A DNA stretch of 64,000 nucleotides, from contig CAVUDP010000002.1 in assembly GCA_963740315.1 (NCBI GenBank), positions 1,152,001 to 1,216,000 on the forward strand, written 5' to 3'. How positions within the stretch are numbered: position 1 is the first letter of the stretch; each line of letters opens with the position of its first letter. The position numbers and the translations under genes are program-made. This stretch comes from an uncultured cyanobacterium (GTDB lineage Bacteria > Cyanobacteriota > Cyanobacteriia > Cyanobacteriales > Nostocaceae). Below are positions 52,431 through 61,679 of this stretch, piece by piece. Under the pieces are notes generated by a model, which did no database searches, was not told where the DNA came from, and saw only the letters and a list, made by a program, of their open reading frames with translations.

Positions 52431-52949
52431 TTAATTAATATAAATGGGACCTTCTACAAGACTTCCATCGGGCATAGTTGTATTCCAGAAAAGAATACCT
52501 GTCATATATCTATCGATAGCGAAATCGGCACCTGTAAAGTCAGCATTAGCTAAAACAGCACCATCCAAAACAGCACCCCTCAAATTAGCATTGCATAAGA
52601 TAGCATTTCTCATATTTACTCCTTTCAAAATGCAGCTACTTAAATTAGCATCATTTAAAAAGGCGCTCCATAAACAAGCTCCAGTCAAGTCCGCATTACT
52701 TAAGTTTGCTTTGTCGAGTCCCTTACATTGGAAATCAAAACCAATTAGGCAAGCTTCGCTCAAATTAGTTTGATCAAAACTACCTGCTGCAAAATAACCT
52801 CCCATCATATTAATTCCCTGAAGATTAGCGCCTTCCAAAACACATTTCTCGTCATAAAGACTAATCAAAGGAAAATCTCGCTCTCCTTTTTCATAGCGTC
52901 TAAGCAACTCTTCTCCAGTGATTTCTTCCCCAGAACCTACCATATCCAT
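52431..52949 (-). CDS. Pentapeptide repeat protein
   Basis: ELLRRYEKGERDF N-cap, A(N/D)L repeats, TTMPDG. Confidence 0.9.
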   Translation of the reverse strand: MDMVGSGEEITGEELLRRYEKGERDFPLISLYDEKCVLEGANLQGINMMGGYFAAGSFDQTNLSEACLIGFDFQCKGLDKANLSNADLTGACLWSAFLNDANLSSCILKGVNMRNAILCNANLRGAVLDGAVLANADFTGADFAIDRYMTGILFWNTTMPDGSLVEGPIYIN

Positions 52950-52984
52950 AAACTAACTCCTCATTTTTAATATTTGAAAAATTA

Positions 52985-54080
52985 CGAATAAATGACTCAA
53001 AACCTGACAACAAGATCAAAATCAAATTAATACTAATAATATTCCTAGTCCATTTCAATGGACTTTCGCTATTAGCCGGGGGTTTGCAACCTCCGGCAGA
53101 TGTGAATACGGTGGAAACATTCGTAATTATTTTGACGTTAAATGGTGCGTTACGGCAACAGTGGTAGGTTGAGTTAAAGACGTAAATATGTTTATGGTTG
53201 ATGCGATATTAATAATACGCCGTAACCCAACGTTTTGGTGTTGAAATAATATGTTTTTTAACGCAAAGGAACGCAAAGGAACGCGGAGTTTTGAGGTTTT
53301 TTCCTATATTTTGATTCGAGAAGAAATGAGATTGGTTTGTTTTACCATAATATCGCCTTGGAATAAATTCCCAGGCTAATAGCCGAAGTCGTCTAAAGAC
53401 GACTGAATAAGATTTTTAGTACGTTTTAACGTACTTTGTTTATGAGCCTTGAAATTGATTTCAAGGCGGGATTTAAGGATATTGTTTTGTTTTATTCAAG
53501 TGACAAAGTAATTCACTCATAGCGGTTAGGTTCAGTAATAATTGTTCCGTCTGGCATAATAGTGTTATGGAAAAAAGCACCAAATCGTTCAGCATTCCGC
53601 CAGTTAACACCTTGAAAGTTAACCTGTTCCAATCTACTGACACGTAAATCTACATTCCTCAAATTGGCTTCGCTTAGGTTGCATTGCCGCATATCAGCGC
53701 CATAAAGTCTTGCTCCAACCAAATTGGCTCCACTCAAATTTGCATAACTCAAATTTATACGGAGCAAATCAGTTTCACTTAAATCAACTCCACTCAAGTT
53801 AACCCTACTAAAATCTCTCTCCCCAGCAGCATAACTCTCTAACAGCTCCTTAGCAGTCATGTCCCTAGCAGTCATAATTTGATTTTTTAATGTATTTTAT
53901 TCATATTTTATAACTTATGAATAAATGACTAAAAACCTGACAACAAGATCAAAATCAAATTAATACTAATAATATTCCTAGTCCATTGAAATGGACTTTC
54001 GCTATTAGCCGGGGGTTTGCAACCTCCGGCGGATGTGATTATTTTTACGAATATCTAATAAAGATGGTGCGTTACGGCAA
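52985..54080. repeat. Duplicated upstream region (~120-170 bp) of the two pentapeptide genes, with palindromic repeat
   Basis: 52985-53105 nearly identical to 53918-54037; related inverted element at 52290-52350. Confidence 0.88.
53513..53875 (-). CDS. Pentapeptide repeat protein
   Basis: ELLESYAAGERDF N-cap, repeats, TIMPDG. Confidence 0.9.
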   Translation of the reverse strand: MTARDMTAKELLESYAAGERDFSRVNLSGVDLSETDLLRINLSYANLSGANLVGARLYGADMRQCNLSEANLRNVDLRVSRLEQVNFQGVNWRNAERFGAFFHNTIMPDGTIITEPNRYE

Positions 54081-54298
54081 TACCAATTATCTTGTTATGT
54101 CCGCAAATTATTTCAAGTCATAACACACCCTACTGACTAATACTCCACAAATTCAGATCCCCCCAACCCCCCTTAAGAAGGGGGGCTTTTTAAAATCATT
54201 TTTATTTGCTTCAACCATCAAATTCCTCCGCCACAACTATATTAATTCCACGGATTACCCTAAACTAAAATTGCAGCTTTAACATAAACGTAAATCAA

Positions 54299-55316
54299 AT
54301 GACAGCAGGACAAAACAATTCTAAGTCAGTGGATGTTTTTGGCGTGGGTAACGCTATGGTGGACATCTTGGCAATGGTAGAAGATGATTTCGTGAAGAAA
54401 AACGATCTCAGTCGCGGTGGTATGACTCTCATGGATGCCGAAAAACAAGGTCATTTATTGCGGGAGTTGAAACATCATTCCCTGGAATTGAGTTCCGGAG
54501 GTTCTGCTGCTAATACAATGATTGCGATCGCGCAAAGTGGTGGTAAGGGTTTTTATTCGGGTAAGGTTTCTGGCGATACTAATGGTGAGTTTTATCGTGA
54601 GGATTTAATCGAAGCTGGAATTGGGTTTGATGTGCATCCCACGGAAGAAAATCATGGCCCCACTGGCACTTGTTTGGTTTTAACTACTCCCGATGCCGAA
54701 CGTACTATGTGTACTCATTTGGGAGTTTCGACGAATTTAGCTCCTAGCGATATTGACGTAGAAAAATTAGGTCAATGTCAATATAGTTATGTGGAAGGTT
54801 ATCTTTGGGATGCACCAGAATCCAAAGAAAGCCAGCATTGAAACTATGGAGCAATCCAAGCGTTTGGGCGTAAAGGTTGCTTATACTTTTTCCGATTTAT
54901 TTTTAGTCAGCCGCTTCAGCGATGATTTTCACAAAATAGTTTCAGATTACTGCGACGTAGTATTTTGCAATGCTGATGAAGTTCGTAATTTCTTTGGAAG
55001 CGAATCTTTAGAAGATTGTGCCAGCAAACTCGGCGAAATCGTTGACACCGGATTTATTACCGATAGTGCCAATGGCTGTTTGGTAGTACAAAATAAAGAA
55101 ATTGTTCGTGTAGCCGGATTTCCGGTTAAAGCCATTGATACCGTTGGTGCTGGAGATTCTTTTGCTGGAGGAGTATTATACGGACTAACCAATGGTTTGA
55201 ACGCTCAACAGTCAGCACGTTGGGGAAATTATCTCGCTTCTTGTATAGTACAAGTTCACGGCGCTCGCTTAGATAAATCGATGGCTGATAAAGTTTCTGA
55301 AATTGTTGGTAAATAA
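54299..55316 (+). CDS. PfkB family sugar/adenosine kinase, +1 frameshift near 54815-54821
   Basis: GNAMVD, GGSAANT, TPDAERTM in first frame; DTVGAGDSFAGG in second. Confidence 0.88.
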
Positions 55317-55398
55317 AGGTTCGTAGTAAGGACTTTAGTCCTCGGATTAAGGGCTAAAGCCCTCACTACGAACCTTAATCTAAAATCCAAAATTGTAA

Positions 55399-55731
55399 AT
55401 GCCTACTTACAAAGTACGATTAATCAACCAAGACATCGGATTAGACAGCGTTATTGAAGTACCCGACAACGAATATATATTAGATATCGCCGAAGACGAA
55501 AATATCCGTTTACCATCTGGGTGCAAACAAGGAAATTGTTCTGCCTGCGTAGCAAAAATCATCAGTGGAGAGATTGACCAAAGCGAGCAAAGATTTCTTC
55601 GTCCCCACGAAATCGAAGCTGGTTACACCATCACCTGTGTTGCTTATCCTTTGTCAGATTGCACCTTACAAACTGATCAAGAACAAATTTTATATAATTC
55701 CCTTTATTTTAAATCGGATACAGAAAAATAA
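55399..55731 (+). CDS. Plant-type 2Fe-2S ferredoxin
   Basis: CKQGNCSAC...TC ligands. Confidence 0.92.
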   Translation: MPTYKVRLINQDIGLDSVIEVPDNEYILDIAEDENIRLPSGCKQGNCSACVAKIISGEIDQSEQRFLRPHEIEAGYTITCVAYPLSDCTLQTDQEQILYNSLYFKSDTEK

Positions 55732-55984
55732 TAAAATTGCGATTAAATATACAAGAATTACGAATTTTAGTTAGGAATTATGAGTAAAAATTAGGAGTTT
55801 ACAACTATATTTTACATTTCTTAACATTAATCTACTTCTTAATTCTCAATGCTTAATTCCCTATTCCCCATTCCCTACCTTTTGATATAAAGCAAATCTA
55901 TCTTGTTAGAGAGGTTTGCTTCAACATAATTGTTCACCATATATATAAGAGTTCAAAAAACAATTTTTTTTTCAGGTAAACATT

Positions 55985-56374
55985 ATGTTAGGCATATTTT
56001 TAACAACCTTAGCAACTGCATTAAGCTTGCTAATTGTAGACATTGTAGTTCCAGGTGTGAACCTTGCCAACTTCCCATCAGCGATGATTGCTGGTTTGGT
56101 AATTGGTTTAGTAAATGGTTCAATCAAGCCTATTATCTCAACCCTTTCCTTACCAATTAACTTAGTTACATTGGGAGCATTTTCGCTTGTAGTTAACGGA
56201 CTTTGTTTCTGGTTAGCTGCTGCTGTAACTCCTGGATTTGCAGTTAAAGGACTTATCGCTTTCTTCCTAGCTCCTGTAGTTATGTCTTTTGCTAATACCT
56301 TCATCAGCAATTATATGGGAGAAAAGAATCTCCTCGCAGGAAAATCAAACAACACTGAATTACCTTCTAGCTAA
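55985..56374 (+). CDS. YvlD/phage-holin-like membrane protein
   Basis: VPGV, IKPIISTLSLPINLVTLGAF. Confidence 0.85.
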   Translation: MLGIFLTTLATALSLLIVDIVVPGVNLANFPSAMIAGLVIGLVNGSIKPIISTLSLPINLVTLGAFSLVVNGLCFWLAAAVTPGFAVKGLIAFFLAPVVMSFANTFISNYMGEKNLLAGKSNNTELPSS

Positions 56375-56482
56375 TTCATCGACTTTCAAAGTAGAAACCA
56401 AAATATATCTTTAGATAGAATCATACATTTTGGTTTGTCTCAGATCGCTTAAATTAACTGTAACTAAAAAGGTCAAAAAACT

Positions 56483-56653
56483 ATGAAACTTTTACTTGGT
56501 TTACTCGTACCCCCCGTTGGTATTTTCATGACTTATGGAGTTGGTCCTACTTTATTTATTAATATTGGATTAACCTTGTTAGGATGGCTTCCCGGAAGTA
56601 TTCACGCTTTATGGGCAATTACCAAGCATAATGAATTGGAACGAGGAGTATAA
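56483..56653 (+). CDS. YqaE/Pmp3 family small membrane proteolipid (56 aa)
   Basis: Manual translation MKLLLGLLVPPVGIF...INIGLTLLGWLPGSIHALW; below ORF-track cutoff. Confidence 0.9.
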   Translation: MKLLLGLLVPPVGIFMTYGVGPTLFINIGLTLLGWLPGSIHALWAITKHNELERGV

Positions 56654-56685
56654 TCCTTTATACGATCGAACATCTTATATAGGAT

Positions 56686-56714
56686 ATTGGGGGGTGGCTA
56701 ATGTCACCCTTTTG
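56686..56714 (+). terminator. Putative intrinsic terminator
   Basis: GGGTGGC-TAAT-GTCACCC hairpin followed by TTTTT. Confidence 0.6.
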
Positions 56715-56925
56715 ATTTTGGATTTTAGATTTTGACAACGGATGCTTTTGTTTTAGATTTTGGATTTAAAATTTGGATACAGGATAAGAAGTTTAAAATG
56801 AAAAATAGTAGATTAGAAACCCGGTATCTTGAAGATACCGGGTTTCTCTAATTAAGATATTTTGGGCTGAAGAGTTTATCTCGCCAAAATTTATTTTATC
56901 GGGAGTATTCCCACTTTTTCATTTT

Positions 56926-57006
56926 GTAGTGCGTTAGCGCAGCGTGTCCTTACGGACACGCATCTTGCTCGCTCGGAAGTGCTAGCGAGCAAGATGCTCG
57001 CACTAC
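56926..57006. repeat. REP-like inverted repeat with nested ~25-bp insertion
   Basis: Arms GTAGTGCG..GCATCTTGCTCGC / GCGAGCAAGATGCTCGCACTAC; related copy 25830-25880. Confidence 0.8.
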
Positions 57007-57119
57007 CAAATAAATTGATTTATCTCACCACAATATTAAAAAGACCTCGCATTTGCGAAGTCTCTACATTAATATTCATACTAAATTTAACAACAACTTT
57101 TTATTAGCTGTTTGTTAAT

Positions 57120-57884
57120 TTATTTCTCTTTCAACCAGTCAGCAGTTGATAAAAGCAAATCTCTTAATCTTTGTTTTAGCTGACTTTCTTTCTTGGCTAA
57201 TGAAGAACCTGCTTCAGCAAGTTTCACTTCCACGTCAGAATGCTTATCTTTAACCTGAGTAACTATTTCTTCTCCTTGAGGACGAGATTTTTCATACCAG
57301 GTTTTAGCATCATTCAAGAAAGTTTGTACGTTATCACCGTCACCACCATAACGTGCTGCTAAATTAGCTCGTACAATAGCTAATTGTGCTTGCAGTTGAG
57401 CATAACGTTTCTTTAGTAAAGAAGCTTCTTCGCTATTTTTAATAGATTCAACAGCAGATTTTATTGCAGTTTGAGCTTCTGTAGATTTTTCTTGACTTGT
57501 ATCTTGAATTTCTGTCAAAATACCATCAACTTCTTGCTGAATTTTATCTTCTTCGTCATCGATTTGAGCTTGTAATAGCTTAACTTCTGACTGAGTTTTA
57601 TTTAAAGCTTCTCGACGCTTACTATCAACAGCTTCCACAGCACCTTCAATAGATGCAGTAATTTCTTCTTTGATTTCGCTACCTTTTCCTTGTATGTTTT
57701 CAGCTACAGCCGAAACAGCATCTTTAACAAGTACTCGAAGTTCAACCGAACCTTCTTTAAATTCAGAAACTACTCCACCAACAGCAAGTTTGACAATTTC
57801 TCTAATTCTATCAACTCTTTGCTGTCCGGTTTCTTTAACTTGTTGCAAGTCTGTTTTAATTTGGTCTTTGATATTGTCAGCCAT
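57120..57884 (-). CDS. Hypothetical helical/coiled-coil protein
   Basis: 254 aa, highly charged amphipathic helices. Confidence 0.75.
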   Translation of the reverse strand: MADNIKDQIKTDLQQVKETGQQRVDRIREIVKLAVGGVVSEFKEGSVELRVLVKDAVSAVAENIQGKGSEIKEEITASIEGAVEAVDSKRREALNKTQSEVKLLQAQIDDEEDKIQQEVDGILTEIQDTSQEKSTEAQTAIKSAVESIKNSEEASLLKKRYAQLQAQLAIVRANLAARYGGDGDNVQTFLNDAKTWYEKSRPQGEEIVTQVKDKHSDVEVKLAEAGSSLAKKESQLKQRLRDLLLSTADWLKEK

Positions 57885-58141
57885 ATTCTATACCTATGTA
57901 AATAATTTAGAAAATGTTATTGACATATTGTCGCCTCTATATAGTGACGTAGTATTTCATTAGAGTGGTACATCCTTTAGATAGAAAATAGCGATGAAAA
58001 TCAAATATTTATTCCATAAGATGTATTTCCGATAATTTAAAAAATGTAAATAGCATATGCTCCGACTTAGAAACAAATGATAATTGGTAAATATTTATTA
58101 AATGCTAAAGTTAAACATAGTCCAAACTTAGATTTATCAAA

Positions 58142-58480
58142 ATGAAAGCTTTGATTAAATTTGTCTCATTTACAATTTTATTATTGATAATTTGCCTGCA
58201 ACAACCAGTTTTAGCAGATACTGTTGATGGAGCAAAAATATTTTCAGCAAATTGCGCCGGTTGCCATATTAACGGCGGTAATATAATTCGACGCGGTAAA
58301 AATCTAAAAATGAAAGCTTTAAAAAAATATAAAATGGATTCTGTAGAAGCGATTTCTAATATTGTGACATACGGTAAAAATAATATGTCAGCTTACAAAG
58401 ATCGTTTAAGCGAATCAGAAATACAAGCTGTATCTATCTACGTTTTAAACCAAGCTGAAAATAATTGGCGAAAGCAGTGA
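58142..58480 (+). CDS. Cytochrome c6-like protein (PetJ paralog)
   Basis: Signal peptide, CAGCH, GKNNMSAY axial Met. Confidence 0.9.
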   Translation: MKALIKFVSFTILLLIICLQQPVLADTVDGAKIFSANCAGCHINGGNIIRRGKNLKMKALKKYKMDSVEAISNIVTYGKNNMSAYKDRLSESEIQAVSIYVLNQAENNWRKQ

Positions 58481-58517
58481 GCAGTTAGCAGTTAGCAGTT
58501 AGCAGTGAACAGTTAGG

Positions 58518-58594
58518 AGTTAGGAGTACTTCGACAAGCTCAGTAACCTTATTGAGTTAGGAGTACTTCGACAAGCTCAGTAACCTTATTGAGT
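58518..58594. repeat. 37-bp tandem duplication containing CTTCGACAAGCTCAG, within STRR repeats
   Basis: Two identical adjacent copies. Confidence 0.9.
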
Positions 58595-58769
58595 TAGGAG
58601 TTAGGAGTTGTAAAAGGTAATAGGTAATGGGTGAATATCTTAAAGGAATAATTTATATCTATATCTTCTTACTTGTTATCTCTCCTTGTCCCCCGAACCC
58701 CATCTCCCCCGCACCCCATCTCCCCCGAACCCCATCTCCCCCCTCTCCCCATCCCCCCATCTCCCTAAA

Positions 58770-60248
58770 ATGACTACTACTTATCTACCAAAATTAAACG
58801 TACCCGGACCGCCTTTAAATCCAATTTTAGGGCGTTTGCCGATGATTTTAGGGTTTGCGAAGGATTCTATTGGATATACGCGCCCTTTATTTAAAACTTA
58901 TGGTTCGGTTGTATCGATGGCGGCAGGGGCCGGTACTCATATATACTCGCCTCTTGCGGAATGTCCCGGTACTGTTTTTACTTGTGGTGCGGAAAATGTG
59001 CGTACTGTCACCAGCCAGCACGAAGTTTATTATAAATATCCTTTATCTGGGATGATGTACAGTAAGCGGAACGATTCACCACGAACTGAACCTCTAAAGC
59101 ATTTTGGTGTTGGTTTATTCGGCGTGAATGGCGCAACTCATCGGCAACATCGCCAACTTTTGATGCCAGCTTTTCACAAGCAACGTATTGATTCTTACCG
59201 CGACGATATGGTTGCTATTACGCGATCGCAACTTGAAAAATTAACGATTGACAATCCTGTTGACATCGCTCAAGTGATGCGACTTCTTACCCTACGAGTA
59301 GCCACAAAAACTTTATTTGGTAGCGATGTTGGTGAAGAAGGTGCGAAAAGCGGACAGATTCTTCAAGAAGCATTACGAATGAATGGAAAATTAGCGATCG
59401 CGCTTTTACCTTTCGATATTCCGGGGCTTCCGTACCATCAATTACTCAACTTATTCGCGCAACTCGATGAAGAAATGCGTCAGCTAATTCGCCGCAAACA
59501 AGCAAGCAATACAGATGATGGTGACGTACTTTCCATGCTAATTCGGGCGCGAGATGCCGAAACCGGATTGACGTTAAATGAAGATGAACTTTTAGGGCAC
59601 GCAGGAGTTATCTTTGCAGCAGGGCATGAAACCAGCGCTAATGCACTAACCTGGACGCTATTTCTTTTATCGCAACATCCCCAAATAGCCCAAGACGTAG
59701 TAGATGAACTGCAAAGCGTATTGAATGGAGAAGCCCCAACCGTAGAACAATTACAAAAATTACCTTTGTTAGAAAGAGTAATCAAAGAAAGTATGCGCGT
59801 CTTAACTCCCGTACCCTGGAATGGCCGCGTCACCTCCCAAGCAACCGAACTCGGAGGTTATGAATTACCAAAGGGAACGGAAGTTTTTGTCAGCATTTAT
59901 CAAACTCATCATCTGCCTGAAATTTATTCCCAGCCGGAGAAATTCAATCCTCAAAGGTGGGAGACATTTGAACCAACAATGTTTGAATATAACCCCTTTA
60001 GCGCCGGAAGTCGTATTTGTATTGGTGCAGGTTTTGCAATGATGCAAATCAAAATTGTATTATCAATGTTATTGCAAAAATACCGTTTGGAATATATCCA
60101 AAACCAAACAATAGACCGTTTTGGTTTAATAGTCATGGCACCCAAAAATGGCTTAAAAATGATTGTCCGCCAACAAGACAGTAATTTTAACCAAGGAGTA
60201 GGTGGAGTCAAAGGAAACGTCCGCGAAATGGTTGAATTGGTAGCTTGA
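58770..60248 (+). CDS. Cytochrome P450
   Basis: AGHETS I-helix, ESMR (ExxR), FSAGSRICIG heme Cys; ORF-track N-extension is repeat DNA. Confidence 0.95.
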   Translation: MTTTYLPKLNVPGPPLNPILGRLPMILGFAKDSIGYTRPLFKTYGSVVSMAAGAGTHIYSPLAECPGTVFTCGAENVRTVTSQHEVYYKYPLSGMMYSKRNDSPRTEPLKHFGVGLFGVNGATHRQHRQLLMPAFHKQRIDSYRDDMVAITRSQLEKLTIDNPVDIAQVMRLLTLRVATKTLFGSDVGEEGAKSGQILQEALRMNGKLAIALLPFDIPGLPYHQLLNLFAQLDEEMRQLIRRKQASNTDDGDVLSMLIRARDAETGLTLNEDELLGHAGVIFAAGHETSANALTWTLFLLSQHPQIAQDVVDELQSVLNGEAPTVEQLQKLPLLERVIKESMRVLTPVPWNGRVTSQATELGGYELPKGTEVFVSIYQTHHLPEIYSQPEKFNPQRWETFEPTMFEYNPFSAGSRICIGAGFAMMQIKIVLSMLLQKYRLEYIQNQTIDRFGLIVMAPKNGLKMIVRQQDSNFNQGVGGVKGNVREMVELVA

Positions 60249-60398
60249 GGGGAAGATGGCGGGACAAGGGGACAAGGAGATGGGGAGATGGGGAGATAGG
60301 GAGATGGGGAAGGAGTTATTACACATGCAGACCTTTGACCTTTGACCTTTAACATGCAGACCTTTTTACGTAATTGTATAAGTATAAATTTTGATTGA

Positions 60399-60959
60399 TT
60401 GGAGTTAAGTATCTTGAATCATAAAGGTGTAACAGTTTGGCTTACAGGCTTGAGTGGTGCGGGTAAAACCACCATTGCTAGATGTCTCGAAGCAGAACTT
60501 AAGTCTCGAAATTGTAAAGTTGAAGTATTGGATGGCGATTTAATCAGAACTTGGCTATCTCAAGGATTGGGTTTTAGCAAAAAAGACCGCGATATTAACG
60601 TGCGTCGGGTGGGATTTGTAGCTAATTTGCTCAGTCGTAATGGAGTAATTGTAATTGCTGCCACAATCAGTCCTTATCAAGAAATTAGAGATGAAATCCG
60701 AGCCATTAATCAAGATTTTGTTGAAGTTTATATTAATACGCCTTTAGAAGTGTGTGAAGCGCGAGATGTTAAAGGGCTGTACGCTAAAGCCAGAGCCGGA
60801 GAAATCAAAGGTTTTACGGGTATAGATGACCCTTACGAAGTTCCTACAAATCCAGAAGTTGTTTGTGAAAGCGCCAAAGAAACTGTTGAGGAGAGTGCTA
60901 ATAAAGTAATCGGCACTTTGGAAAAGCTGGGTTATATTCAGTTTGCAGCTAAGTCTTAG
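60399..60959 (+). CDS. cysC: Adenylyl-sulfate kinase
   Basis: WLTGLSGAGKTT, LDGD, RDVKGLY, FTGIDDPYE; start codon uncertain. Confidence 0.95.
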   Translation: MELSILNHKGVTVWLTGLSGAGKTTIARCLEAELKSRNCKVEVLDGDLIRTWLSQGLGFSKKDRDINVRRVGFVANLLSRNGVIVIAATISPYQEIRDEIRAINQDFVEVYINTPLEVCEARDVKGLYAKARAGEIKGFTGIDDPYEVPTNPEVVCESAKETVEESANKVIGTLEKLGYIQFAAKS

Positions 60960-61017
60960 ATTTGAGCATAATATTAAATAAAGATACGCAATTATCGCTT
61001 TAGCTGTTAAATAATTA

Positions 61018-61614
61018 ATGAAATGGCTTTATTTCATCCTTAAATATGGGATTCTCGGTCTAACAGTATTTTTTCTGATTCTATTAGGAACAATATCTAT
61101 CAATTTAACTATTGCATCTTACCAAGCTCCTAAACCCCAAGCTATTCTTACCCTTGGCGGTGGAGAAGCAAGAGAAAAATTTACTGCTCAATTTGCTCAA
61201 AATCATCCCTCTCTAAATATTTGGGTTTCTAGCGGTATTTCCTGCAAGAAAGCTAACAGGATTTTTCGCGAAGCTGGAATTACTGAAAAACGAATTAACC
61301 TTGACTATCGCGCCGTCGATACAGTCACTAATTTTACTTCTTTAGTAACAGACTTTGAAAAACTCAAACTCAAACACTTGTATATAATTACTTCTGATTT
61401 TCATATGCCCAGAGCAAAAGCGATCGCCACTATAGTTTTGGGCAGTCACGGTATAACTTTTACTCCTGTTTCTGTTCCTTCAAAGTTACCAAAAGAATCA
61501 TTTGTACATATTTCTCGCGATATATTTCGTTCTATATTTTGGTTGATTACAGGTCACACTGGCGCAAGTCTTAATCCCAGACTTTCCGGTTATGGTAAAA
61601 ACTGCAATTACTGA
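61018..61614 (+). CDS. YdcF/DUF218 family protein
   Basis: N-terminal TM, LGG, AVDTVTNF, TSDFHMPRA. Confidence 0.88.
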   Translation: MKWLYFILKYGILGLTVFFLILLGTISINLTIASYQAPKPQAILTLGGGEAREKFTAQFAQNHPSLNIWVSSGISCKKANRIFREAGITEKRINLDYRAVDTVTNFTSLVTDFEKLKLKHLYIITSDFHMPRAKAIATIVLGSHGITFTPVSVPSKLPKESFVHISRDIFRSIFWLITGHTGASLNPRLSGYGKNCNY

Positions 61615-61679
61615 AAACCGTCAACTGAAATCAGATTCCATCCGCTACCATCAAGTAAGATGCTGATGTCATAGCACGT

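Noticed and set aside
58518..58594. CRISPR-like 37-bp repeat
   Set aside because: Only two abutting copies with no spacer
58686..58769. Pro-rich N-terminal extension of the P450
   Set aside because: Translation of CCCCATCT repeats; the real start is probably ATG 58770
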